NCBI GenBank assembly: GCA_964349845.1
Contig: CAYGHQ010000002.1
Location: 1 to 38,601, forward strand
Direction: 5' to 3'
Length of the DNA: 38,601 bases
Source: an uncultured Candidatus Saccharibacteria bacterium
GTDB taxonomy: Bacteria > Patescibacteriota > Minisyncoccia > Phycocordibacterales > CAYGHQ01
The notes under the pieces are model-generated. The model did not search any database, was not told the origin of the DNA, and was given only the letters and a program-made list of their open reading frames with translations. Shown here piece by piece: positions 25,031 to 34,297 of the stretch; within the stretch, counting starts at the first letter, position 1, and each line of letters opens with the position of its first letter. The translations under genes were made by a program, and so were the position numbers.

Positions 25031-25132
25031 TTCTCCCTTTATAAAGGGAGTCCTTTGTACTCAAAGGGAGGGATTTTTAAAATCCTCCGGCTGAATACAT
25101 CCACCTCCTTTAAGAAAGGAGGATTTAAGAAC
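25031..25132. repeat. Family-D hairpin cluster
   Basis: ctcccttt-ataa-agggag, then aaaatcctccggct..ccacctcctttaagaaaggagga. The second half recurs at 37163-37218. Confidence 0.75.
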
Positions 25133-25282
25133 CAAATCGATAGGTTTTGATTTATAAATCAGCTTTGCACGCCTTCTTTAGGGATGTAAAACTACCCAAA
25201 AAATACCACAGGAGGGGGTTGAAGTAAATATTTGAGCTGTTGATAACTCGCGCGCGAATTACGCAATCAAAAAAAGATAGAA

Positions 25283-25350
25283 GGCCGGAAAAATAAAATT
25301 TAGCAAAATGAAACGATCGTTTCATTTTGCTAAATTTTATTTTTCCGGCC
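25283..25350. terminator. 68-bp perfect palindrome (GGCCGGAAAAATAAAA clamp, AACGATCGTT core)
   Basis: ggccggaaaaataaaatttagcaaaatgaaacgatcgtttcattttgctaaattttatttttccggcc, located 30 nt after the DUF3999 stop. Confidence 0.85.
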
Positions 25351-25379
25351 CCAAACCAAACAATTCCCAAAGAGGATTT

Positions 25380-26729
25380 TTAACGCACGTCCCCACTTTT
25401 CCCAATTTCGTCCCTTCCCTCCTCCAAAGAATTTTTCTGGGCAGTCGCCTTGAAATTTTTGCTGATATAAAAGTACAGAAAAATCGCTACAATAACTACT
25501 ATTATTACAAGCAGAACATTGAGAAGATACGGGTATCTTTCCGTAAAGGGCGGTTTGGTTTCCGGAGGAACGACAAAATCCGCATTAGCCTGTTCAGCGC
25601 CAAGTAAGGCTTCTGGCATGCCAGCTACTTCAAGATACTGGAAAAAACGCGCCAAATCATATTTTGGAGAACTCGCCTTTTCATTCCCGTAATAAAGAAG
25701 ATAACTAAGTTTCGGATCAGCTTCAAAAGCGACCATTCTTGAAATCCCGCTTATTTCCGCGTAATTTTCAAATTGAATCGACTTATTATCATCATTCCAA
25801 ACAATGGCTCTTATGTAGCGCGAGTATTGTTCCGGATACTCCACGGTCATTGAGGATCCTTTAAACTTAGGGGTGTCTAAAGAAAAGACATACCCTTGAG
25901 CAATATTCCGCCAGTTTTTCCCGTCATCCCCCGACTGAAGAGAGATTCTCCTGTTGAAATTATTTTCTTTTGAAGAAAAACTTATTTTACTCGTCGGAAA
26001 TCCTCGGACACCCAAATCAGCCTTAAGAATTACAGCTTTCAAATCGGCATTCTCTTCTTTAATCAAAGAAACGCGGGAAATATTTTCTGAAGCTTTGCTT
26101 AATTCGTACCGTAAAACATTGGCTCCTGATATATTCACTTCCCCTTCTCCGCCTCCGGCAATCACGACTTTAATATATCTTCTGGAACTTTCCGGATAGC
26201 GGACAGAAAGACCGCTTGCGCTAAAATTCGCATTTTTATCCGTAAAATTGAATATATATCCATCCGAAGCCAGTATTTTCCATCTTGAATCGGAGGTATC
26301 CATCAAATTATCCCCGGAATAGACGGAAACTCGCTTTTTAAAATTCTCAGAATAAGTTCCTATTTTTATCTCATTATGGAGAACCCCCGCCTTCCCCAAA
26401 TCAAGAATAAATGAGACTTCGCCGGTTTCCGGATTTTTCCCCTTGTCCATCATGACAGAGGAGTAAAAATCGCTCACGGAAGAAGCTTTTAAAACTGTAA
26501 GCTGATAAGGGATTTCCTCTCCTTCCCCGGAAATAACCCGAATATCCCTGTAGTCTACTCCCATTTTTGACGACTCTTTATCCAATTGGAGCTTAATGTA
26601 TTCAAGGCTTTCAATTTTTGGAAGATTTATTTCTTTTTTCCACTGCCAATCTTTTTCGCTAAAATCCGCAAAAGCCAAAATCGGCAGAGCCAGAGCAAAA
26701 ATAGAAATCAAAATTAAGTTTTTTTTCAT
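25380..26729 (-). CDS. DUF3999-like secreted protein with a C-terminal TM anchor
   Basis: Signal peptide, 449 aa, C-terminal TM YLLNVLLVIIVVIVAIFLYFY. Adjacent to a DUF2339-like gene, which is the known pairing. Confidence 0.7.
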   Translation of the reverse strand: MKKNLILISIFALALPILAFADFSEKDWQWKKEINLPKIESLEYIKLQLDKESSKMGVDYRDIRVISGEGEEIPYQLTVLKASSVSDFYSSVMMDKGKNPETGEVSFILDLGKAGVLHNEIKIGTYSENFKKRVSVYSGDNLMDTSDSRWKILASDGYIFNFTDKNANFSASGLSVRYPESSRRYIKVVIAGGGEGEVNISGANVLRYELSKASENISRVSLIKEENADLKAVILKADLGVRGFPTSKISFSSKENNFNRRISLQSGDDGKNWRNIAQGYVFSLDTPKFKGSSMTVEYPEQYSRYIRAIVWNDDNKSIQFENYAEISGISRMVAFEADPKLSYLLYYGNEKASSPKYDLARFFQYLEVAGMPEALLGAEQANADFVVPPETKPPFTERYPYLLNVLLVIIVVIVAIFLYFYISKNFKATAQKNSLEEGRDEIGKSGDVR

Positions 26730-26740
26730 ATTTTTAAATT

Positions 26741-28621
26741 TTAAATTACTTCTTGAAGCTTGTTTTTATACTTTGCATACAGGAAAGAAGCGGAAAGAGC
26801 AATGAGGCCGAAAGCGATGAAAGAAATGATGCGGTAACCCATGCCGAGGCTCCAAACATCTATAAAAACCTTAACAGCTGTAACAAAGAAAAAGACAATA
26901 CCCATCATTCGAGCCACACGAACTTTTTTCCAGAAACCAATAATGATAAGAAGAACAGCATAGAAAGCCCAGAATACGGAAACAACCGTGTTCTTCTCAT
27001 TTTTTAGGTTTGTCCGATTTTCCGCCTGATTTTGATAAATTACCCGCGAAACGGAATCATCATAATCCGTTATCCCCATCTGTCTTCTTTCCTCAATCTC
27101 CGATATATATTTTCTTTCAGCTTCAAAAGTTTTTTTCTGATAAAAGCTTCCAATTTCCAAAGTAGTCGCAAAAACAGTCAAAATATTAGCAAGAAGAACC
27201 ATTGCAATAATCGCTCTCTTCGCTTCCTCTCTTTCGTTGGAAGCGCCGCCCATTTCATCTATTGCAGAATGATAAAGATAAGCTATTCCGTAGGAAACTA
27301 TCACAGCAACAAGCCCTGTCAAAAAATATTTATTTAGAAAAATGGAGTAGTCAACCGTTCCATGGCGCGGGTAGGCTTCTAGAGCAAAATAGCGGATAAG
27401 ACCAGCAGTTAAAACCAGAAAACCGAATACTCTCATGGAGGGCATGTTAGTCTTGAAAGAAACTGCAAAAATAACCAGAGCTTCAACAAACCAAGCAAAA
27501 GTAATCCAAAAACCCTTAAGTTCCAGAGGTATGGCTATTGTTAGAAAAACAACCGCCAAACCGGAAAAGTAAAGCGCCAAAAGAGTATCCTCTTTGGAAC
27601 GCAAGCGGGCAATGTAGGAAAGAAGGAAATAAACCAAAGCAAGAATAACGGCAAAGAACCCTAAAACAAGATGATAATGAGATTCCAATATGATATAGGA
27701 CGCAAAAGAATAGAGGGCGGCATTAGCGGTAATGAGAAACAGATCAAATCCGGTTGTTTTTTCCTGCCGGACAAGATGGTGAAAACTGGAAGCCAGGAGG
27801 TAAATTACAAAAAACAAGCTTAGGAAAAGAAAAGTTGGAACAATCTGGCTTTCCGAATAATACCTGATAAACCACCCTACAAAAATGAAAACTGTTCCCC
27901 AAAACCCCAGATAATTAAGCTTAACCCAATGGCGGAAAAAAGCGACAGCCAAGATGCCAATATCAAGAACTGCGACGTAAGAAAAAAGTCCTGTTAAATT
28001 ATTGACTCCGGTAGAAAGAAGGACAGGGGTAAGGAAACCGCCTAAAATTCCTATAGCGGCAAGGTGCATTGTTCCTCCTAACACGCTTAACACGACCGCC
28101 AATATGGTAATGACGATCATAAAAAGAAAGGCTGTCGGCTGGCTGATAAGATGGTAAAAAGAGAAAGCGCTGAAAATAGTAAGATAAAAGATGCCGATGC
28201 TTCCGCCGGATAGAATATTGGAATAAACTAAATATTTTGAACGCAAATATTGACCGACTACCAAAAACCCCGCTCCGGCAATAAGGCCGATAATTACCCT
28301 GCCTGTTTCCCCGATGTAATTGTTGGAGAAAGCCCATTTTAAAAAGAAAGAAACGCCCAAAATCACCGCTATTATTCCGATTTTTCCAAGCCATCGGCCT
28401 CCGGTTTCTTCGGAAAGAGCTTTTTCGTTTTGAATTTGAGCCTGACTTTTTTGAAGAATGTCCGGTTTTTTAACATCTTCACTTGCCACAACAGGAATTC
28501 CCGCCACACGGAAAGATTCCTCTGTTTTTTCAAATCTTTCCACCCGCTTATCCAATCCATTTATTTTTTCCTCAAGCTCCGCAAGTTTTGATAAAATAAG
28601 GTTAAATTTTTCTTCTTCCAT
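26741..28621 (-). CDS. DUF2339-like polytopic membrane protein
   Basis: N-terminal coiled coil (LAELEEKINGLDKRVERFEK) followed by about 20 TM segments. Confidence 0.75.
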   Translation of the reverse strand: MEEEKFNLILSKLAELEEKINGLDKRVERFEKTEESFRVAGIPVVASEDVKKPDILQKSQAQIQNEKALSEETGGRWLGKIGIIAVILGVSFFLKWAFSNNYIGETGRVIIGLIAGAGFLVVGQYLRSKYLVYSNILSGGSIGIFYLTIFSAFSFYHLISQPTAFLFMIVITILAVVLSVLGGTMHLAAIGILGGFLTPVLLSTGVNNLTGLFSYVAVLDIGILAVAFFRHWVKLNYLGFWGTVFIFVGWFIRYYSESQIVPTFLFLSLFFVIYLLASSFHHLVRQEKTTGFDLFLITANAALYSFASYIILESHYHLVLGFFAVILALVYFLLSYIARLRSKEDTLLALYFSGLAVVFLTIAIPLELKGFWITFAWFVEALVIFAVSFKTNMPSMRVFGFLVLTAGLIRYFALEAYPRHGTVDYSIFLNKYFLTGLVAVIVSYGIAYLYHSAIDEMGGASNEREEAKRAIIAMVLLANILTVFATTLEIGSFYQKKTFEAERKYISEIEERRQMGITDYDDSVSRVIYQNQAENRTNLKNEKNTVVSVFWAFYAVLLIIIGFWKKVRVARMMGIVFFFVTAVKVFIDVWSLGMGYRIISFIAFGLIALSASFLYAKYKNKLQEVI

Positions 28622-28710
28622 AATTTTAGTCTTTATAATGTTTTAATGCCATAATCCTACACCTTAAAAAAAAATTATTCTATGTTTTGCTGGGGATAAC
28701 CAGAGAGACC

Positions 28711-28778
28711 GGCCGGAAAAATAAAATTTAGCAAAATGAAACGATCGTTTCATTTTGCTAAATTTCATTTTTCCGGCG
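28711..28778. terminator. Second copy of the 25283-25350 palindrome (2 substitutions)
   Basis: Identical left arm. The right arm has c for t at 28766 and g for c at 28778. It lies after the helicase stop. Confidence 0.85.
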
Positions 28779-28814
28779 CTGTTTTTTACTCCTCTTTTTT
28801 CTTTCCTTTCTCTT

Positions 28815-28847
28815 CCCTAGTCCCTAGTGGCTAACACCTAGTGGCTG
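28815..28847. repeat. Heptad-periodic CTAG/CTAA repeat
   Basis: ccctag tccctag tggctaa cacctag tggctg. Stops start at 28818, 28825, 28832 and 28839, an exact period of 7. Confidence 0.85.
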
Positions 28848-28849
28848 TC

Positions 28850-30514
28850 TTAAATAAACAGCCTCGCCTTTCTTATCTCCTCATATGTAAAATCGTCCGG
28901 CAGAGCTTCTTTGGCTGGACCGATGGGATAATAGCCATCGCGAATGCCATTTTTCCTAAAAATCGCGCGGATTTTTTCCAAGCGGGCCGGAGGAAATTCG
29001 TCTTTCAAGTACGAAAGGTCAAATTGCGGATCAACCGCTTTTATTTTCTCAATATGCCCCAAAATCGTATCCTGCGTAAAACCTCTCGCCTTCACTATTT
29101 CCATAAACGGCATCTTCTCTTCAAGAAGCCTTTTTGTCTCGGAAACAGTAGTAGGCTTTTTTATTTTCACTTTTTTCCCTTTCTTCCCTTCCGGCGCCAC
29201 TTTCCGGAGAAACTCTTCCTGTCTTTTCGCCACTTCTTCTCTCTCCATACTCAATAATTCTCCCCGATCCCCTTCCGATTTTTCCCGAAAATTTCCATCA
29301 AAATCCAAAACTTCTTCATTCACCTTGAGTGCCGTTTCATTCAACCCGCGAAGCGTGAGCCCCGAAAGAGAACGTACCCGGGAAAGCGCCACATAACCCA
29401 TTCCCCTTTCAAATGCCCGCGAGAGATCCACTTCCGCCGCATCCAAACTCATTCCCTGGCTCTTGTGCACCGTAATCGCCCACGCCAAACGGAGAGGAAG
29501 CTGAGTAATCTGCGCTTTGATTCTCCCGTTTTCCTCTATCATCCAGTTGGCCGGTTCGGTAACTTTTATCGTCTCTCCCCGGATTGTTTTGACCGCAACC
29601 CCCCACCCTCCCGCATCCGAAACGACCCCTACTGTTCCGTTCACATACCCCTCCTCATAATTATTTTTAACAAACATCACCCGCGCGCCGATTTTCAAAC
29701 GCAGTTTCTCCGGCGCCAAGCATCCTTTTTTCAAAACCGCAACGATGTTCGGATTTCCTTTCTCCATCATCTCGTACTCAAAAACTTTTCCTGGAAGTTT
29801 TGCCAATTCTCTTTCATTTTCCGCGCCAACATCAACATTATGCGAATACAGTTTAGTCGGTTCAAAATTTCCCTCCGGTTTTTTATTGAATCTGTTTTTC
29901 AAATATTCGTATTCCCTCTCGGATACATCATTTCTTCTGATAGCGTTCAAAACTTGGAGATACGCCTGATCGCTCTGGCGGTACTGCTCCTCCAAATAAC
30001 AGATTTTAAGGCCAAGATTTTTCCACGTATCCGAGTGGTACGCGAAAAGAGCTTCCGGTTCTCCCGCGCGGGACACCGGCGGAAGCTGAAAAAAATCTCC
30101 GCAGAAAACCACCTGAAGCCCGCCAAAAAACTCGTTGTTTCTTTTGAAACTTCTGACAATCTTCTCCACAAGATCCAGCCGGAAATGATGAAGCATGGAA
30201 ACTTCGTCAACGATAAGAATTTTAGCTCTCTCAAATCTTTTCCAAAGATACTGCCTCTCCTCCAAATCTTCAATATCGTAGTCCGAAAGGCTATCGCGAA
30301 CGCCAAGACCAGACCATGCGTGGATAGTCATCCCGCCCATGTGAGTGGCGGCAATGCCGGTGGAGGCGGTAACGCCAAGCGCGTCCCCCGCCCCATTATC
30401 TTCCAAATAGTTTATGTATTGGTTCAAAAGATGGGTTTTTCCGCTTCCCGCCGCGCCGGTTATGAAAGCGTTATGTCCCATCTTTAGAATTTCCAAAGCT
30501 TCTTGTTGAGTCAT
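28850..30514 (-). CDS. PIF1/RecD-like AAA helicase with a C-terminal HTH-like domain
   Basis: Walker A GAAGSGKTH, Walker B DEVSML, GDFFQLPPV, ITVHKSQGMS. The ATG at 30514 is preferred; the TTG extension to 30565 lies in repeat DNA. Confidence 0.88.
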   Translation of the reverse strand: MTQQEALEILKMGHNAFITGAAGSGKTHLLNQYINYLEDNGAGDALGVTASTGIAATHMGGMTIHAWSGLGVRDSLSDYDIEDLEERQYLWKRFERAKILIVDEVSMLHHFRLDLVEKIVRSFKRNNEFFGGLQVVFCGDFFQLPPVSRAGEPEALFAYHSDTWKNLGLKICYLEEQYRQSDQAYLQVLNAIRRNDVSEREYEYLKNRFNKKPEGNFEPTKLYSHNVDVGAENERELAKLPGKVFEYEMMEKGNPNIVAVLKKGCLAPEKLRLKIGARVMFVKNNYEEGYVNGTVGVVSDAGGWGVAVKTIRGETIKVTEPANWMIEENGRIKAQITQLPLRLAWAITVHKSQGMSLDAAEVDLSRAFERGMGYVALSRVRSLSGLTLRGLNETALKVNEEVLDFDGNFREKSEGDRGELLSMEREEVAKRQEEFLRKVAPEGKKGKKVKIKKPTTVSETKRLLEEKMPFMEIVKARGFTQDTILGHIEKIKAVDPQFDLSYLKDEFPPARLEKIRAIFRKNGIRDGYYPIGPAKEALPDDFTYEEIRKARLFI

Positions 30515-30530
30515 AAATTTAAAAAATTTA

Positions 30531-30791
30531 AAAATCCGAAATCCGAAGCACGAAATCCGAAACAAACAAAGCCAAATAAAGAAAATTCAAATATCTAAAC
30601 CCCGTATAGAAGTTATCTTTTAATATTCTGTAAACGAAGAGATGAGGGTAACCATATCTTCTCTTGTAATCTTATATATCGTGTTAACTTCTTGTACGGG
30701 GTAAACAGGGAATTATTCTTGGTTTTCGGTATTTTGAATTTTCTTTATTTTCGGGATTTGTTTCGTATTTCGTATTTCGTGCTTCGGATTT
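30531..30791. repeat. 260-bp symmetric element with aaatccg heptad arms and an inner hairpin
   Basis: The left arm aaatccgaaatccgaagcacgaaatccgaaac...aaataaagaaaattcaaa is mirrored at 30730-30791. The inner stem is ccccgtatagaagtta (30599-30614) / ttaacttcttgtacgggg (30684-30700). Confidence 0.8.
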
Positions 30792-31530
30792 AGATGGATA
30801 GCACCTGTTTCTTAAACGCCAAAAACTCCCGATCCAGCGCTCCGAACTTTTTATAATCCGCCGTACTCAAAGACTTCAGAGACTTATCCAATATCTCCAC
30901 CACTTCCTTTAAAACCCTGCCGGTGTATTCGTAATCGGTTTTTTCAAACATATTCGCGTTGTTTTTCATATTCCAAACATTGCAAAGCTGGCGATAAGTT
31001 TTGGTCATAAGAGTAATGGAATACCACAAAAGATCCGCCGCTTCTTCGGAGAGAAGCCATGGCGATTCTTTCTTGATGGCGCTTTTCCCCAAGCGGGAAA
31101 CTTTCTTCATCCAGTTATAAACTTTATCCGACAATGGAAATTGGTCCGGCGTAGGAGGCTCTTTTATTTCCGGAAGATCGGAAAGATCAATGCCGAGCTT
31201 ATCCGCCTCTTTCTTAAGCATTTCTATTGCCTCTTCCAGAGAAGAGGCGATTCCGTCAAAAAGAATCTCGGGAGATTCCGGATTTTTGCCTTTTTTGATA
31301 ATCTTTTCATCTTCCTTCGCCATTCTTCCGCAAATCGGACAATCCGGGCTTCCGCAAGGAACTCTTTTCCAAGAGCAATCCATCCATTTGGGCATTATTC
31401 CTTCATCCAAAGGAGACAAAAGTTCCTCTCCGAAAGACATTTTTATCCCCGCCGGCTTTACGAGCTTTTTCTTGGTTGCCGACACTCCAACCCTCTTTTT
31501 CGCAAATTTTTTCTTTTTGTTCTTGTCCAT
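30790..31530 (-). CDS. Hypothetical protein with a Lys-rich N-terminus and a CxxxxC-x-CxxC zinc-ribbon-like motif
   Basis: 246 aa with CGSPDCPICGR. No family recognised. Confidence 0.6.
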   Translation of the reverse strand: MDKNKKKKFAKKRVGVSATKKKLVKPAGIKMSFGEELLSPLDEGIMPKWMDCSWKRVPCGSPDCPICGRMAKEDEKIIKKGKNPESPEILFDGIASSLEEAIEMLKKEADKLGIDLSDLPEIKEPPTPDQFPLSDKVYNWMKKVSRLGKSAIKKESPWLLSEEAADLLWYSITLMTKTYRQLCNVWNMKNNANMFEKTDYEYTGRVLKEVVEILDKSLKSLSTADYKKFGALDREFLAFKKQVLSI

Positions 31531-31549
31531 GAGATTATTTTACACCATG

Positions 31550-31609
31550 CCGGCAAAAACGCCTCTTGCAAATCATCCATGGATGATTTGCAAGAGGCGT
31601 TTTTGCCGG
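31550..31609. terminator. 60-bp perfect palindrome
   Basis: ccggcaaaaacgcctcttgcaaatcatccatggatgatttgcaagaggcgtttttgccgg, after the 31623 gene stop. Confidence 0.8.
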
Positions 31610-31622
31610 GCTGTTTTATACA

Positions 31623-31982
31623 TTATTTTAACTTCAGTCTGCCGGCGTTCCAAATTAAGAAAGTAAGGAAAAAATAGAAAAAAATATCAACTAAAAAATA
31701 AAAAGAGTGAAAATAGAAATCGCCGTCTCTTGTCAAAATAATTTCTTTAGGCCAGCCGTAAATCTTGGCCGGGGGAAGCCCTCCCCGGCTCCCCAAAACA
31801 AAAAGAGAAAGCCCCGAAAGAATCACGGCAAAACCCGCGCAAATCAAAATTTCCCTTTTTTCGGGAAACCTTTTATTTTTCAAGTAAGGATAAAGAGAGG
31901 TGAGGAAAAAAATAAAAACTACTCCTACAACTTCAAGAATGGGCAAGGTGGAAAAATGCATAAAAAAATAAATTCTAAGCAC
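31623..31982 (-). CDS. Hypothetical 4-TM membrane protein (119 aa)
   Basis: Hydrophobic segments throughout. No motif recognised. Confidence 0.5.
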   Translation of the reverse strand: MLRIYFFMHFSTLPILEVVGVVFIFFLTSLYPYLKNKRFPEKREILICAGFAVILSGLSLFVLGSRGGLPPAKIYGWPKEIILTRDGDFYFHSFYFLVDIFFYFFLTFLIWNAGRLKLK

Positions 31983-32146
31983 TAAACCCTAAATTCTAAA
32001 CAAATCCTAAATTATAAATAACAAACAAGAGAGTCTTCGGTTGGGAACATTGGAATTTAGAATTTTCGCCCGCCTGCTAACGCCTGAGCGTAGCGATGGC
32101 GGGCAGGGGCTTTGTTTAGAGTTTAGTATTTAGAATTTAGAGTTTG
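31982..32146. repeat. Symmetric element with 7-nt-periodic CTAAA arms
   Basis: The left arm ctaaaccctaaattctaaac has TAA at 31983, 31990 and 31997. It is mirrored by gtttagagtttagtatttagaatttagagtttgg. The inner hairpin is cgcccgcc..ggcgggc. Confidence 0.75.
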
Positions 32147-32159
32147 GATATCTAAAGGA

Positions 32160-32747
32160 TTATCTTAAAAACCTCACTGACGACAAAATCCCCGGGAAAT
32201 CTCTTTTTGTAATATCTTCCGGAGAATTGTAAGTGGCGGAAAACATGTAAATATTCGTCCCTGTCGCAACCACCGCGCTGTCTCCCCGATAAAGCCCGTC
32301 CCAAGTATAGGAAACTGCCGGCAATCCGCCAACGGTAGTTGAAGCCATTCCTCCTAACGCAAGATTCCAATTTGAATTTTGAATATTTGTCGTTACCCAC
32401 TTTGAAACAAATTCGCGATTTTGATTCGGATGAATATCCAAAGTTATGGCCGGAGGACCCTCCGTATTCGTTATCCTTCCCTCCCTGATAGCTTTATTGG
32501 TTTCGTTGTCTTCCGTCAAAATTACACTGTAATATCGCCCCGTACTTGTCGCCCCCATCTGCCTTTCTTCCAGAAAATACGTCGGAGGATATTCAAAAGA
32601 AACCCCATAAGTTTGGTTGCTGTATGTTTTGGAAGCCGCCATCCCATTATCTTCCCCGTCCTCCGCGGAATAATAAACAAAATAGCCGATCAGCGCCAAA
32701 GCGATAAGCAAAACCAATATCCCCCACATTTGTCTTTTCGTGTTCAT
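32160..32747 (-). CDS. Membrane-anchored extracytoplasmic hypothetical protein (195 aa)
   Basis: N-terminal TM WGILVLLIALALIGYFVYY followed by a beta-rich domain. Confidence 0.65.
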   Translation of the reverse strand: MNTKRQMWGILVLLIALALIGYFVYYSAEDGEDNGMAASKTYSNQTYGVSFEYPPTYFLEERQMGATSTGRYYSVILTEDNETNKAIREGRITNTEGPPAITLDIHPNQNREFVSKWVTTNIQNSNWNLALGGMASTTVGGLPAVSYTWDGLYRGDSAVVATGTNIYMFSATYNSPEDITKRDFPGILSSVRFLR

Positions 32748-32805
32748 ATCCTTAATAACTATCGATTTTGAATAGTGAGTAACATATTAGGACTTGCGCA
32801 TTTAG

Positions 32806-32957
32806 TGTCATTCCCGCGAAGACATCTTCCTCCTCCCCTCAGTCGAGGGGAGGTGCCGAAGCCCCATCAAATTCTTCGGGGCAAGGCGGAGGGGAGGTGT
32901 TAAGATTTCTTCAACTCCCCCACCAACTCCCCCTCGTCTGAGGAGGAGAGGAAACCA
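32806..32957. repeat. Family-C element cluster
   Basis: cctcccctcagtcgaggggagg, tgccgaag..cttcggggca and ccaactccccctcgtctgaggaggagaggaaac. The last block recurs at 37126-37157. Confidence 0.8.
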
Positions 32958-32972
32958 CCTACAAAATTTAAG

Positions 32973-33458
32973 TTAAACCTGTCCCACAATCACCGCATAA
33001 TTCTTCCCGTATTTTTTGGCGCACTTGGGGCAGGTGGTATACCACATGTAATACTTTTTGATTTCCATATTTTGCGTCTTGGCGTAATTTTCAAAATCCT
33101 TGCGCCACTTTCCCGTATCCTTGAAATTTCCTTCATAAACCTTACTTAAAAACTTTCCGCTCAAGGTTGTATTTATAGCATTAGGAATTTCCCTATCCAC
33201 AGCCACATACAAATCCATATTCCATTTGGAAGTATGGTCGGAAAGCCCCATCCATTCGGGCGCCTCCCCTCCCGCTTTTTCAATTTTGCCCATCATCCGC
33301 GTAACGACAGAACCAAAATTCATCGGCATGTAAAATAAAGTAAAAACCTTATCTTTGATAAATTTTTTATTGCTCCACTCAAAAACTTTCCCATCCCACG
33401 GCGCCGGATTAAATTCCGGACAGCACTCCGCTTTCTGTTTCTGCAAATCTTCGCTCAT
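32973..33458 (-). CDS. Conserved hypothetical protein (161 aa) with a C-terminal TTCPKCAKKYG motif
   Basis: Good ORF with GC content like the core genome. Family name not recalled. Confidence 0.65.
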   Translation of the reverse strand: MSEDLQKQKAECCPEFNPAPWDGKVFEWSNKKFIKDKVFTLFYMPMNFGSVVTRMMGKIEKAGGEAPEWMGLSDHTSKWNMDLYVAVDREIPNAINTTLSGKFLSKVYEGNFKDTGKWRKDFENYAKTQNMEIKKYYMWYTTCPKCAKKYGKNYAVIVGQV

Positions 33459-33520
33459 TTTTTTATTTTTTATTTTAATAATTTTTCTAATTTATCAAAC
33501 ACGACTCTTTTCCAATACAT

Positions 33521-33910
33521 TTAGCAACACTCCAAATTATGAATGGTTTTATAAGTATCAACAATTTTTCTCAAAATCGGTAATTTAAAATTACTATTAT
33601 CATCCATAAAATCAAATGTTGGATTGCCTATGATAGATATTATTTTCTCTTCCTCCAAATTACTGAACCATTTAATAACATCGGGATATGCCGTCATAAA
33701 CCATTTAGAATATCCCAATGGCTGATTAAGGATTGATGCCATCCAGTAAATTGTTTCCATAGCATTATCGCTAATATCATTTTGATTGTGTAACTTTGCC
33801 GTTGCTTGATATATCTCTTTTGTTTCATTTTTTATGATTTCAGAATTGGTTAAAAACTTAGTCATATTGATATTATCTTGTGTTAAAAATTTTTTTATAT
33901 CTTTTTCCAT
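33521..33910 (-). CDS. Hypothetical protein (129 aa), last gene of the AbiE-linked operon
   Basis: 7-nt gap to the upstream gene. AT-rich codon usage like the rest of the islet. Confidence 0.55.
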   Translation of the reverse strand: MEKDIKKFLTQDNINMTKFLTNSEIIKNETKEIYQATAKLHNQNDISDNAMETIYWMASILNQPLGYSKWFMTAYPDVIKWFSNLEEEKIISIIGNPTFDFMDDNSNFKLPILRKIVDTYKTIHNLECC

Positions 33911-33917
33911 ATTTTAT

Positions 33918-34292
33918 TTAGTAACAAACCTGCACAATAATTTGAGTAATGCCAACTATAGTGGCAATAATTAAAGAACCAATTGCAATATAGATTGCTT
34001 TTCTGCTACTTTCTCTTGCTTCTTTTAACTCATCATAATCTGTTACCATAGAAACTAATTCAGAGGGTGCTGTCCAAAAATTATTACCTTCTGAATCCTT
34101 TCTAAATTCTCTGTTGAACTGTCGTCCCGGAGGATTTTGAATATTTTCAATAAAAAAGTTTCTTATGTGTATGTAATCAACACTGTATGGGTCTTTTTCT
34201 AAAAAGGTCTCCAGCTCCTTCAAGCTAAATTCTTTCTGTTCTACACAAAATCTTGCCGCCGCTATTTGCCATGGTTCATTTTTATATCTCAT
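33918..34292 (-). CDS. Hypothetical tail-anchored membrane protein (124 aa)
   Basis: C-terminal TM AIYIAIGSLIIATIVGITQIIVQV. 5-nt gap after the abiEii stop. Confidence 0.6.
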   Translation of the reverse strand: MRYKNEPWQIAAARFCVEQKEFSLKELETFLEKDPYSVDYIHIRNFFIENIQNPPGRQFNREFRKDSEGNNFWTAPSELVSMVTDYDELKEARESSRKAIYIAIGSLIIATIVGITQIIVQVCY

Positions 34293-34297
34293 AATTT

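Noticed and set aside
29465-30487. 340-aa plus-strand ORF, and the many other 60-150-aa ORFs antisense to long genes (for example 1450..1866, 6049..6312, 9372..9725, 15389..15694, 20809..21201, 37566..38066)
   Set aside because: The opposite-strand ORFs carry unambiguous family motifs (helicase, DnaB, ABC, MsrAB, DnaX and others). The antisense frames are low-complexity shadows.
30515-30565. 17-residue N-terminal extension of the helicase
   Set aside because: It starts at TTG inside the aaatccg heptad repeat. MTQQEALEIL, just ahead of the Walker A motif, is a normal start for this family.
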